This document shows positions 1 through 9,271 of a stretch of DNA of 42,754 nt, in pieces. The DNA is taken from the IMG/VR virus record IMGVR_UViG_3300037424_000179, positions 1 through 42,754 of that record. One strand, 5' to 3'. The position numbers and the translations under genes were made by a program. This stretch comes from a virus. Taxonomy: Duplodnaviria; Caudoviricetes. The notes under the pieces are model-generated. The model did no database searches and was not told the origin of the DNA. It was given only the letters and a program-made list of their open reading frames with translations. Each line of letters begins with the position of its first letter. Position 1 is the stretch's first letter.

Positions 1-127
1 CGATGCCCCATTTAATGATCAGTCAATAGCGGAAGGGCCTGCCCCAGAGCATTACATTCTTTTCAATCAAACTGGAATAATGATCAATTGGACTGGTGAT
101 GAATATGCAATCAATTATCAATTACAG
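1..127. repeat. 127-bp terminal direct repeat (copy at 42628-42754); circular-assembly overlap
   Basis: cgatgccccatttaatg...caattatcaattacag is identical at both ends; 127 is a common assembler k-mer; an ORF runs in frame across the junction. Confidence 0.95.
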
Positions 128-724
128 GTTTCTCTCTATGCTGATTTCAGGACAACCTTTCTAGATACCGTTGTGACAGATTCTCAATATTCATTCACTG
201 ATTCCCAGGTTGATAATGCAAAGCGGTTTTGGAGAGTCAGGCCAAGCAACGGTTCGATTTATTATCGCCCTTGGTCAGAAGTTGGGAATTATTGGTTGGA
301 CACCTCTGCATCTGTTCAGGTTGAGTTGGATCATAATCAATGGGCCTTGGTTGATATTGATGACACTACGGACAAATATATATTCGACCTCTTTCCCTTA
401 TATGCCATTGTTCCGCAGAATCTTTTAAGGGCGCAGGCCAGGAATAGGCTCGGTGAATTGCTTTCAGAATATCTAACCACCAAGGCCACGATCCAACTTC
501 AATTCAATGGCAATCAATATATGGAATTTCCACAGATGAATGAGTTTAGGCGGTTCCATACATCCAAAAGAACTTTCTATTTGTGCGGATTCTTCGACGG
601 AGAAAGGATCAGCCCAATGCCTCACATATGGAAAGTCGAATATATCGAAGATCCAATGCTTACAATGTTTTCAGCGGGACGGCCTGACCTTTTAATGGGC
701 ACTCTCAATTTTCAGGAGGTTTAA
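1..724 (+). CDS. 3' part of putative distal tail (Dit-like) protein; true start ATG 42596, 251 aa across the junction
   Basis: The frame of ORF 80..724 stays open back to ATG 42596, which overlaps the tape-measure stop (ATGA); position directly after TMP; Fn3-like WRVRP...WSE segment. Confidence 0.65.
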   Translation, partial: DAPFNDQSIAEGPAPEHYILFNQTGIMINWTGDEYAINYQLQVSLYADFRTTFLDTVVTDSQYSFTDSQVDNAKRFWRVRPSNGSIYYRPWSEVGNYWLDTSASVQVELDHNQWALVDIDDTTDKYIFDLFPLYAIVPQNLLRAQARNRLGELLSEYLTTKATIQLQFNGNQYMEFPQMNEFRRFHTSKRTFYLCGFFDGERISPMPHIWKVEYIEDPMLTMFSAGRPDLLMGTLNFQEV

Positions 725-726
725 TT

Positions 727-3171
727 ATGACTGCGCAATATCCAAGCGAGACAACTTTATCAGGGGCAGGAAGTCTGCTCGAACCAAAAAACAATACGAA
801 GGTTGAAGTCACCGCCGACATTAATGATCTGGTGACTACGATCCCCACTGGAGATACATCGGCCCTAGCCACGGAAGGATATATGACCTTCATGGATGGA
901 ACAAAAGAGATCATTTATTACACAGGTAAAACATTGAATTCTTTAACTGGTGTTACGAGAGGAGCTGACGGATCAAACAATACGGCTCATCTCGACGGAG
1001 CAGAGATCGAATACAGAGTTAATGTTGGTTATCGAACAAGGCAGAACGAAGAAATAAAAGCCATCTCTGATGACCTACGAGATATTTTCACCGTTGATCT
1101 TGATGATGGAGTCACCCCTGCTTCTACTGCAACAGATTTAAAAGTCAGGATGGATCACATAGCGACACAATTGGCATTACTTTCTGGAAAGGCGGATTGG
1201 AAAACGGCTCCTGCCACAACCCTGGAAGCAGAATATACTGATACGAATAACATCAAGACAATTGACCTGGACGAAACCGCTACTCCTGCGACGACTGCAT
1301 CATCCATTAAAGATAGATTGGATCAAATCTCTAACCGGATTATTGCCATCACTGGGAAAGCAGACTGGAAAACAAACCCCGTCAAAACAAATGAAGCACT
1401 TGATACAGAAATTTCCAATTCCTACAACAATGCTCCTGATGACACCCAGGCTCCTGCTGATACGGCGATATCTCTTGAACAACGGGTTGACCAAATAGCC
1501 GGAGGGATGAAAGCCATCACTGGTGAATCCAGTTGGAAAACTGCACCTCCTAATAACATCTCTGAAACGAATACGATCATCACCGACCTTGCAGGAAGAG
1601 TTGATATGCTTCGGCCTACTGAACAGGGAACCCCAGACAATACGGTTCTCGTTTCAGCCGGACATTATGTCAGCTCTGATGGATCAGAGAGAGTCTATTT
1701 CGCAGGTGGAAACTCTCCTGCATTCTCTGTGGTTACGGCTGATTCGAGAATAGACTTATTAACCATTGATGATACTGGAACGTTGGGAATTTTAGCCGGA
1801 ACGCAATCCGCCTCTCCCGTTGTTCCATCTTATCCAACTGATAAACAGGTTATAGCCCATGTTCTCATAGACGAAACTGGAACAGTTGTTATTAACACAG
1901 CAGACATTACTGATGCAAGATTCTTTTTAAATCTTGGTGGAGGAAGTACAGGAATTGATTATAGAGAGAACTATGTACTGGGAACACCAAAAGACAATTA
2001 CACTGGATCATTGACAACTATTGATTTGGTCGGGTCGTATGTTATTGGCGGGAAAAATCTAAGAGTTATTTACGAAGGCGTAATGTTGACTCCAACTGTC
2101 GACTATACGGAGACAGATGCCAATACGATTACAATGATTCTTTCTGTTGCCTCTGGCAAACAATTATCTTGTTATTGGTCTGTCGCTACGATAGCCGGAG
2201 ATGCAAACTCTGTTGATGGTATATCTGCATCCGCAACACCGACGGCGAACAATCTCCTGGCGTTGGATTCAAATGGAAAATTTCCTGCGACAGTTATTTC
2301 AGAACTGGTCAGCTTCTTTAGCTACAGGAGGCCAGTGCTTGTTTATTCCGGAGTTAGCACTGTTGATATAGAAAATAATACTGGAACGGCTGATGAGACA
2401 AAGATAATTTTCCCAGACGGAGACTCTAGATCTGTCGTTGAAAATCCCGTCAGTCAGTATCGCAGATTCGATATAACAGCAACGGCATCTTTGACGGCAA
2501 CACATGACTCAGGGTTACGCTCAGGTGAATCAGAAGCGTCAGACACCTGGTATGCTCTCTATGCGGTTAAGACCACGGATGATGCCACAAAGTTTGTGAT
2601 CGTTGGAACAGTCACACTCCCACTCCAAGCTAACTACACAACGCTGAATGGGTACTTTGGAACTGATGGATGGGTTTATTTAGGGCTTATTCGAAACGGA
2701 GCAATATCGACGCAGGCTACGAACATTTGCAAGTTTGTCATGTGTGGAAATGAAATAAAACTCTATGAGGTTCAGGACACCGCAAATATAGCGGGTAGTC
2801 GTGATTCATACGGTATACGGATTGCACATGGAGCTTCTGTATCGAGTCTAGTTTACACATATTCAGCTGGAACAGGATCTACAAGCATACCGAACAACAT
2901 AGGAATGTGTGATTGGATTGGAATAACAACAGCTGTTTCTCGAGAGCTTCAGATTGGGGATCAAAATATAAACGTTGGCTCCTCAAATTCCGTTTGCATT
3001 GCCGTCCTCGGGGATACGAGTGTCATTGGATTTCAGTCTTACGCTTGGAGAAATGCATCCGATCTTGGCGCAGGGATAGGAAACTCAGGGGCAACAGCCG
3101 GAGCGCACTCCATACTGCTTCGTGGATGGACAGATAAGGCTTTAGGCATCGGGTCAAACCCACTAATTTAA
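727..3171 (+). CDS. Large tail fibre / receptor-binding protein, 814 aa
   Basis: Thr/Ser/Gly-rich; N-terminal EIIYYTGKT..LTGVTRG..H motif seen in phage tail proteins; three internal 56-aa repeats; C-terminal domain paralogous to the next gene. Confidence 0.75.
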   Translation: MTAQYPSETTLSGAGSLLEPKNNTKVEVTADINDLVTTIPTGDTSALATEGYMTFMDGTKEIIYYTGKTLNSLTGVTRGADGSNNTAHLDGAEIEYRVNVGYRTRQNEEIKAISDDLRDIFTVDLDDGVTPASTATDLKVRMDHIATQLALLSGKADWKTAPATTLEAEYTDTNNIKTIDLDETATPATTASSIKDRLDQISNRIIAITGKADWKTNPVKTNEALDTEISNSYNNAPDDTQAPADTAISLEQRVDQIAGGMKAITGESSWKTAPPNNISETNTIITDLAGRVDMLRPTEQGTPDNTVLVSAGHYVSSDGSERVYFAGGNSPAFSVVTADSRIDLLTIDDTGTLGILAGTQSASPVVPSYPTDKQVIAHVLIDETGTVVINTADITDARFFLNLGGGSTGIDYRENYVLGTPKDNYTGSLTTIDLVGSYVIGGKNLRVIYEGVMLTPTVDYTETDANTITMILSVASGKQLSCYWSVATIAGDANSVDGISASATPTANNLLALDSNGKFPATVISELVSFFSYRRPVLVYSGVSTVDIENNTGTADETKIIFPDGDSRSVVENPVSQYRRFDITATASLTATHDSGLRSGESEASDTWYALYAVKTTDDATKFVIVGTVTLPLQANYTTLNGYFGTDGWVYLGLIRNGAISTQATNICKFVMCGNEIKLYEVQDTANIAGSRDSYGIRIAHGASVSSLVYTYSAGTGSTSIPNNIGMCDWIGITTAVSRELQIGDQNINVGSSNSVCIAVLGDTSVIGFQSYAWRNASDLGAGIGNSGATAGAHSILLRGWTDKALGIGSNPLI
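1096..1599 (+). repeat. Three in-frame 168-nt (56-aa) degenerate repeats in the fibre gene
   Basis: Units start at 1096, 1264 and 1432 and contain LSGKADWKTAP / ITGKADWKTNP / ITGESSWKTAP. Confidence 0.85.
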
Positions 3172-3181
3172 GGAGAATAAA

Positions 3182-4054
3182 ATGACTACAAGCATACCAG
3201 TTGGAATTTTAGATTTAACAGCATTGGCGAATTATCGGAGGCCTGTTCTTCAATGGAATAGTATCACTGAAGTTGACGTTGAGACAAACGCAGGAACCGG
3301 AGGGAACGATACAACGAAGATTATATTTCCAGATGGTGATGTTAGGACTGTTGTGGAGGCATACGCAGGAGATCAGTATAGAAGATTTAATATAACGCAG
3401 ACCGCCTCACTTGTTGCTACTCACAATTCTGGCTTACGGTCTGGAGAGAGCGAAGCAAACAACACTTGGTATGCCATCTATGCAGTAAAGACGACTGATG
3501 ACGCAACAAAATTCGTTATGGTCGGTACAGTTACACAGCCAATATATACAAATGTGAGTACCCTTGATGGATATTTCGGAACCAATGGATGGGTATATCT
3601 TGGGATGATTTGCAACGGCAACGCTTTTTCATCTGGCGATATTCTTAAATTCAACCAGGTTGGTAACAGAACATTTCTTACTGCCGTAGAAACATATACT
3701 TATGGTGGATCTGGAGCAGGGCTTCAATTGGCCGGAAATACTGCTTCAACACTGACATGGACTTATGCTACTGGAACTTCTGGACTTGTCGTCCCTACAA
3801 CAGTAAAAGTCGGAGTTGTTAATTTTGGGATAGACCCGAGTGCCACTGGGCAAAACATAAGCATACTCAGGAGTGATACGACAAGGGCATTTTTACGCAT
3901 TACAAATGGCGACGCTGATAGAATTCTTCTTACAAGACCATTAGATTTGACGGAAGGTTTTTATATTTCAGCTCCGGCCAGTATAGCTATGCACATCGGA
4001 TTAGAAGGATTTGATGACAGTGCTCTTGGTATCGGATCGAACCCCCTTATCTAG
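3182..4054 (+). CDS. Stand-alone paralog of the fibre C-terminal domain (putative second receptor-binding protein)
   Basis: Shares YRRPVL, TKIIFPDGD, QYRRF, SGLRSGESEA, YAVKTTDDATKFV and terminal ALGIGSNPLI with 727..3171; SD AAGGAG. Confidence 0.75.
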   Translation: MTTSIPVGILDLTALANYRRPVLQWNSITEVDVETNAGTGGNDTTKIIFPDGDVRTVVEAYAGDQYRRFNITQTASLVATHNSGLRSGESEANNTWYAIYAVKTTDDATKFVMVGTVTQPIYTNVSTLDGYFGTNGWVYLGMICNGNAFSSGDILKFNQVGNRTFLTAVETYTYGGSGAGLQLAGNTASTLTWTYATGTSGLVVPTTVKVGVVNFGIDPSATGQNISILRSDTTRAFLRITNGDADRILLTRPLDLTEGFYISAPASIAMHIGLEGFDDSALGIGSNPLI

Positions 4055-4063
4055 GATCACTTA

Positions 4064-5746
4064 ATGCCATCAGCTTCTTTCATAACAGAGATGAATCGGA
4101 AGCAGGGTTCACAGCCTGTTGTTAAATTAGAATTTATTGATAAGGCTAATAATGTTACAGATATTTCTCGATATTATGTAAGCGGTGCAAACTTTGAGTT
4201 TTCAAGAGAGAGAGCGCCCGATGTTATCCAGGCAGGCAATTTCGATGTGGTTGTCATTAATTCAGATAATACATTCTCAGAATTTGATCCGTCCTCTCTC
4301 TTTTATAATCTGGACTATACCCTTGCAAAGATTAGAATCTCCCTTGGTTTTGTTTTATCCACAGGTCTTATTGAATACGAAACACAGGCAGTTGGATATA
4401 TAGACCAGATCACAACCAATCCAATTGAATCAACAGTGACCTTAAGATGCAGAGATATCATGCGAAGGATTCTCGACTCTGTTTTGAGGAATAGGCCAGA
4501 GAACGAAATCCCTATCCTTGGAACATCTTCTGGAAACGGGTTTATGTCAAAGGTATCAACTCTTCCATTCTCGACGGTAAATGAAGATTGGACTGTTACC
4601 TGTACGACCGGAGGGGTTGATTCCGTTGCTCAATTTTCTGTTGTTGGAACTGTATCCGGAAGCATTGGGCCTGCAACATCAGGGATTGACTTCTCCGACA
4701 CAACTGCTGGAATAAAATTCAAAATATCCTCTGGCAGTATTGCTTGGGATATCGGGGATGTATTTACTTTTTCAACAAATCAGGCTCCAGAGTGGGATAC
4801 GATTAATGCCGTTAAAATTATCTGGTCTATTCTTACAGGATACAACTGGGACAGCGACACGCAGGAACCATTTTCTAGTCTTGTTTTAAATTTTGACCGG
4901 ACACAATCCTCTGCCAATGTTGATATTGATTATGACTCTTTCGTTTCCACAATTTCTGGGATTGATGAACTTGGAGAAGCTCTGAAATTAAAAGGGTATA
5001 TAGATTATGAAAGCTCCGCATCCGGATTCATAGAGGGAATACTTGTTTTATTTTTTGGTTCATTATTCACCGGCTCAGATGGAAGGATAAAGATACAGAC
5101 ACATCTCCCCATTTTCGGAGGCACGGCTCTCGATGGATCATTCTCAGACGCTGACAAAATATCAGCTCTTGGTTATTCAAAAACAATTGATGAAGTTATT
5201 AATTTTGTTACTGTCGCTTACAAGAATTCTGATATCTGGGGATTCTCTGATGAGTCGCAACCGTTGGACGGCGCTTATTCTTTTTCTGATTCAGCCTCTA
5301 TAACAAAATATGGGAAACTCCTTTATTCTCTTACGACAGATTGGTTCGTGCCAAATGGAATTCACATTAAGGGAGTGGGGTCAACCTTGATTCAGAAGTT
5401 TTCAGAGCCTCCATTAAACATTGAATTTCAAACTGGATTAGATGCTTTGCTTATGAACGTTGGTGATTACGTTGACGTAACTGATACGAAATATTATCTT
5501 TCTGATGTTAAGGGAGAGATTGTTCAGGTATCAAGAAGTTTTGATAATGAGCCGAAGTCTGTTTCTATTCGTATAAGACGTGACAATGATATTGATTTAC
5601 TATGGGGATTCCTAGGATCAAATGTTGATGAGGGCGATGGAGAAAGCCCCCAATCTTCTAATTGGGACACAGCCACAGAACTTGATAAAAGATTTATTTA
5701 CCTTTCACAAACAGGAGGCGGTGGGCCTGACTACCGGATGTATTGA
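4064..5746 (+). CDS. Putative tail hub / Tal-like baseplate protein
   Basis: 560 aa, acidic and beta-rich; TVTLRCRD, DEVINFVTV, SITKYGK and LLMNVGDYVDVTD segments resemble siphophage hub proteins; position in the tail module. Confidence 0.6.
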   Translation: MPSASFITEMNRKQGSQPVVKLEFIDKANNVTDISRYYVSGANFEFSRERAPDVIQAGNFDVVVINSDNTFSEFDPSSLFYNLDYTLAKIRISLGFVLSTGLIEYETQAVGYIDQITTNPIESTVTLRCRDIMRRILDSVLRNRPENEIPILGTSSGNGFMSKVSTLPFSTVNEDWTVTCTTGGVDSVAQFSVVGTVSGSIGPATSGIDFSDTTAGIKFKISSGSIAWDIGDVFTFSTNQAPEWDTINAVKIIWSILTGYNWDSDTQEPFSSLVLNFDRTQSSANVDIDYDSFVSTISGIDELGEALKLKGYIDYESSASGFIEGILVLFFGSLFTGSDGRIKIQTHLPIFGGTALDGSFSDADKISALGYSKTIDEVINFVTVAYKNSDIWGFSDESQPLDGAYSFSDSASITKYGKLLYSLTTDWFVPNGIHIKGVGSTLIQKFSEPPLNIEFQTGLDALLMNVGDYVDVTDTKYYLSDVKGEIVQVSRSFDNEPKSVSIRIRRDNDIDLLWGFLGSNVDEGDGESPQSSNWDTATELDKRFIYLSQTGGGGPDYRMY

Positions 5747-6303
5747 TGTCATACGTTGACCTGACAACAGAATTTGAATCTGGAGATTTAATTACGTGGC
5801 AACAATTTCAGCAACTTGCAGATAACGATGCCTTTAAACATTTGCCGTCTGCAACGGTGATGTTATTCATTCAGGCGACAGCTCCAACAGGCTGGACAAA
5901 GCAAACTGGATTCTCAAGCCAGGCTTTAAGGGTTGTTGATGGTTCAGGAGGTTCTACTGGCGGTGGGAGCGTAAAACCAGGAGACACAATTTCCCTTGCA
6001 CATACGCACTCTATTTCCACAGGCCATGTTCATGCAGTAGGTACACATACGCATGACCAGGATACGCTCCTTTCTGGCGTAGGATTAAATCCACCAATAG
6101 GGACTAGAATTGTTTCTGCTGATACTGATGATGTTAATGTTTATCTCGAAACATCAGGATCAACAACAGTGAGAAAATTACTGCCATACACAAAAACAAA
6201 CCCATCGCAGAATTCTCAATCAGCGAATTCGGGTGCTGTTGCATCATCTCTTGCTGACATTGTTTTTAAATATCAAGATTCGATTATTGCGGTGAAGGAT
6301 TAA
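5746..6303 (+). CDS. HxH-motif short tail-fibre/needle protein, paralog 1
   Basis: ATG 5746 overlaps the upstream TGA; MLFIQATAPTGW collar-like motif; HTH, HVH, HTH motifs. Confidence 0.7.
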   Translation: MSYVDLTTEFESGDLITWQQFQQLADNDAFKHLPSATVMLFIQATAPTGWTKQTGFSSQALRVVDGSGGSTGGGSVKPGDTISLAHTHSISTGHVHAVGTHTHDQDTLLSGVGLNPPIGTRIVSADTDDVNVYLETSGSTTVRKLLPYTKTNPSQNSQSANSGAVASSLADIVFKYQDSIIAVKD

Positions 6304-6308
6304 TTTGC

Positions 6309-6857
6309 ATGAGTTACGTTGATTTAACAGGAGTCTTTCAATATAAAAAACTTCTCCCATGGTCGAGACTTGCACAGCTTGCCCAGAATGATGCCTTTGA
6401 TGTTTTTCTTGCAGGAACAAAACATTTATTTTATATGGCCACCCCTCCAATTGGATATACAAAGATCACTGGAACAGATGACCATGCAATTAGGATTGTA
6501 AGCACAACGGGAGGCGGGACTGGAGGGACAGCCAATTTTTCTGGAACAGTTACACAGGCCCATAGCCATACAATAGACAGCCATCAACATAATGAGCCTG
6601 TTCATTCCCATGCGATAAGAAACACTGGGGTTGTCTCATCTTCTTATACGACTGATTATGGTTATATTATTTCCGGGAATGTATACATTAAAACGTCAAC
6701 AGTTGTTGGAACTTTTTTTCCTAACTATGCTCTTGGGAAAACCATTAATAATACAACAACTCTTTCCGGATCTAATACGGGAGGAACAACCGATTCACAG
6801 CTTTCAAATATTCAATTCGCCTATGCCGATGTTATTGTGGCGAGTAAGGATTCATAA
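6309..6857 (+). CDS. HxH-motif short tail-fibre/needle protein, paralog 2
   Basis: MSYVDLT start, FYMATPPIGY, HSH/HQH/HSH motifs, DSQLS C-terminus. Confidence 0.7.
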   Translation: MSYVDLTGVFQYKKLLPWSRLAQLAQNDAFDVFLAGTKHLFYMATPPIGYTKITGTDDHAIRIVSTTGGGTGGTANFSGTVTQAHSHTIDSHQHNEPVHSHAIRNTGVVSSSYTTDYGYIISGNVYIKTSTVVGTFFPNYALGKTINNTTTLSGSNTGGTTDSQLSNIQFAYADVIVASKDS

Positions 6858-7399
6858 TGGCATACACAGATATGACGACAGGATATTTTTCTTATAAGGC
6901 ATTGTTGCCTTATCAGAATTTAAACCTGTTAGCGGACAATGATGAATTCGATACGTTAGCCGGAGGAACAGGAATGATTTTCCCACAGGCAACCGCTCCA
7001 ATTGGATGGGTAAGGCAGGAAACCGTTAATGATTCATTCATTAGAATTGTTGATTCATATGTTGGATCTGGTGGAGCAGATGGATTGTCTGTCGGATTAT
7101 TATTGCAACATACACATACGACCTCTGCGCATGGACATAATCTCACATCCCATACTCATTTGATTGATTACACAACCGCATCTTCTGGAATAAGCGCAAC
7201 GGCAGTGGGAACTGATTCATCGACAAACGACAGACTGTTTACTATCACTGGAGGCGGCGGCACGACTTCTCATCTTAAAAATATTACTGAAGCTGGGGTT
7301 GGATCTCCTTCTGATGGAGCCACACCTAATACAGATTCCCAATTATCAGATACGATTTTTAAATATTTAGACACACTCTATTGTGTAAAGGGATCATAA
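6857..7399 (+). CDS. HxH-motif short tail-fibre/needle protein, paralog 3
   Basis: MAYTDMT start, IFPQATAPIGW, HTH/HGH/HTH motifs, DSQLS C-terminus; TAATG coupling at both ends. Confidence 0.7.
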   Translation: MAYTDMTTGYFSYKALLPYQNLNLLADNDEFDTLAGGTGMIFPQATAPIGWVRQETVNDSFIRIVDSYVGSGGADGLSVGLLLQHTHTTSAHGHNLTSHTHLIDYTTASSGISATAVGTDSSTNDRLFTITGGGGTTSHLKNITEAGVGSPSDGATPNTDSQLSDTIFKYLDTLYCVKGS

Positions 7400-7818
7400 T
7401 GGACACCGAAAGAGAATATATGACTTGTCCTCTTAATCATAAGCTCTGCTGTAATGGCTTAAACGATTCAGCGCCCAAACATCCAATAACAAAGCAGAAG
7501 ATGAAATGCCGATGGTGGAGATCGTTGGCAGGGAAAGACCCGCAGAGTGAAAAGACTTTTGATATGGGAGACTGTTCAATACCCTGGGGGCCTGTGACTG
7601 CAATTGAAAATTCGCAGATGGCTAGACAGGCTGGAGCCTCGATGGACAAGGTTGCCAATCAGGTGCATGAATTGAATTTAGCTTTCAAGAATCTCGCTCT
7701 CGGTATGCAAAACATTGCCGGAGCTATTGTTAAAATATCAGAGGATCAAAAAGACTTAATAGAACATCGAGGATTCATTGAGGTTCCAACAAATGGAGCC
7801 GTGGAACACGAGCAATAA
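7399..7818 (+). CDS. Cys-rich phage protein after the fibre genes (possible fibre assembly chaperone)
   Basis: Start at ATG 7399 (TAATG overlap); CPL...CRWW..LAGKDPQ...CSIPW...IENSQ followed by a coiled coil. Confidence 0.55.
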   Translation: MDTEREYMTCPLNHKLCCNGLNDSAPKHPITKQKMKCRWWRSLAGKDPQSEKTFDMGDCSIPWGPVTAIENSQMARQAGASMDKVANQVHELNLAFKNLALGMQNIAGAIVKISEDQKDLIEHRGFIEVPTNGAVEHEQ

Positions 7819-8352
7819 ATGAACTTATGGTCAAAACTTATGGCTTTCTTTTATATGTGGAAGCGTAGAAGTACAGACGATCTGGGTATATCTCGACAAG
7901 GATGGGATGTGAAGGCAAAACAATTGAGTGTTCCACAATTCAGAGTAATAAGAAAATGGTTTTCAGACACAACAACAATAAGCGAACTCTTTATTGAAGG
8001 CTCCAAGAAATGTTTTATCCTCGAGGATGCCGTAAGAGCCGAGAAGATTCCAGGGAAGACTGCTATCCCAGAGGGAACCTACGAGCTTATAATTTCATTC
8101 TCCAATAAGTTTAAGAAACACCTTCCCCTATTATTAAACGTTCCGAACTATTCAGGCATACGAATCCATCCAGGGAACGATCACAATGACACCTCCGGAT
8201 GTCTGCTCCCTGGTATGGAGAAGGATGATAACAATGAAAAGATTTTTTATTCGAGAAAAGCATTCAGCGACATATTTGAATTGCTTAAAGTGATGTGCGC
8301 TCATGAAAAAGTCTGGATTGAAATCACCAATGAAAGAAAAGAAACCGTCTGA
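7819..8352 (+). CDS. DUF5675-family (L,D-transpeptidase-like) putative endolysin
   Basis: FILED..KIPGKTAIPEGTY..LLLNVPNYSGIRIHPGN....TSGCLLPG, with the His/Cys pattern of this family. Confidence 0.8.
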   Translation: MNLWSKLMAFFYMWKRRSTDDLGISRQGWDVKAKQLSVPQFRVIRKWFSDTTTISELFIEGSKKCFILEDAVRAEKIPGKTAIPEGTYELIISFSNKFKKHLPLLLNVPNYSGIRIHPGNDHNDTSGCLLPGMEKDDNNEKIFYSRKAFSDIFELLKVMCAHEKVWIEITNERKETV

Positions 8353-8719
8353 GATAGGTTTATATTTAGAACAAAAGAACGATATTGACCAGATCAGGAA
8401 AGATGTTGAAAACCTGATGCGGACTGATTTAAATCTTTCTCACAAACAAGATATGATGTCCCAGAAGTTAGATACACTTGTCGAACGGATTAACGAAGGT
8501 GTTTCAAAGACGGCATGGAATACCCACAAAGACGTTCAAGAGATAAAGAAAATTCTCATTGAAGTGAACAGCAAGACGGCGCTCATGGAGCAAAGAGTTG
8601 AAAGCAACTTCGTTGATCTTGATCGTTTGAAAAGTTGGGTATACTGGATCGCTGGCGTAGGGGTGTGCGGTGGACTTGTTGCGCTGGCATTTACTTTCGC
8701 TAAAAATCCTCCTTGGTAA
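8303..8719 (+). CDS. Coiled-coil protein with C-terminal membrane anchor (lysis-associated; start may be 8330)
   Basis: Heptad-rich body; hydrophobic WVYWIAGVGVCGGLVALAFTFA tail; follows the endolysin. Confidence 0.55.
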   Translation: MKKSGLKSPMKEKKPSEIGLYLEQKNDIDQIRKDVENLMRTDLNLSHKQDMMSQKLDTLVERINEGVSKTAWNTHKDVQEIKKILIEVNSKTALMEQRVESNFVDLDRLKSWVYWIAGVGVCGGLVALAFTFAKNPPW

Positions 8720-8728
8720 AGGATATAA

Positions 8729-9271
8729 ATGGCAAGGAATACATCATTTATGGAATGGTTAGATCAGACCAGAAGGATAAACAAATCCGTCGATATGATC
8801 TGTATGGAAACTATTGATGGGATCGTCAAGGCGATTAGATATGTTGATCGAAGAGTTATTTATAGAAATAAGAAATTCTTTGAACGCTTCTGCACCTATT
8901 ACCACAAACCCAACCCTGTTAATATCATCAGACAAATCAAGAAAAAAGATATGTCCCCTTGCCACTCGTGCCACAAAGATCAAAACGCCACCAAGATTCT
9001 CTCGGAGTACGTGCAGGGATCGATCAATAGGTGTTGGACGGGAATCGATATGGTTCAAACACAATGGTTCGAGATCATAGACTTCATGTTTGAAATGCCA
9101 CAGCTCGTTAACCCGAATGCCATTGATGAATATATAGCCGGAAGAATCACCGAGGTGTGCCGAAACAATCGAAAGCTAAACCCACTTGCAAACGGAACAG
9201 CAAAAAGATTCGGGAGATACTGGCGTGACAAGGATGGGAAATGGCGACAAGAAAAACGAAGGAGATTTTAA
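8729..9271 (+). CDS. Hypothetical basic protein with a CxxCH motif
   Basis: 180-aa ORF, SD AAGGA, abuts both neighbours. Confidence 0.55.
   Translation: MARNTSFMEWLDQTRRINKSVDMICMETIDGIVKAIRYVDRRVIYRNKKFFERFCTYYHKPNPVNIIRQIKKKDMSPCHSCHKDQNATKILSEYVQGSINRCWTGIDMVQTQWFEIIDFMFEMPQLVNPNAIDEYIAGRITEVCRNNRKLNPLANGTAKRFGRYWRDKDGKWRQEKRRRF

Noticed and set aside
1-127. Biological terminal repeat of the virion DNA
   Set aside because: Length equals a common assembly k-mer and it falls inside a gene; best read as a circular-assembly overlap
4355-4363. Second perfect DnaA box (TTATCCACA)
   Set aside because: Isolated inside the hub coding sequence; a single 9-mer can occur by chance, a caveat that also applies to the 11651 box
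2322-7399. Diversity-generating retroelement acting on the fibre paralogs
   Set aside because: No reverse transcriptase recognised; paralog differences are not adenine-specific and I saw no near-identical TR/VR pair
2322-7399. Invertible tail-fibre shufflon
   Set aside because: All paralogs are on the same strand with their own starts; no invertase or inverted crossover sites seen
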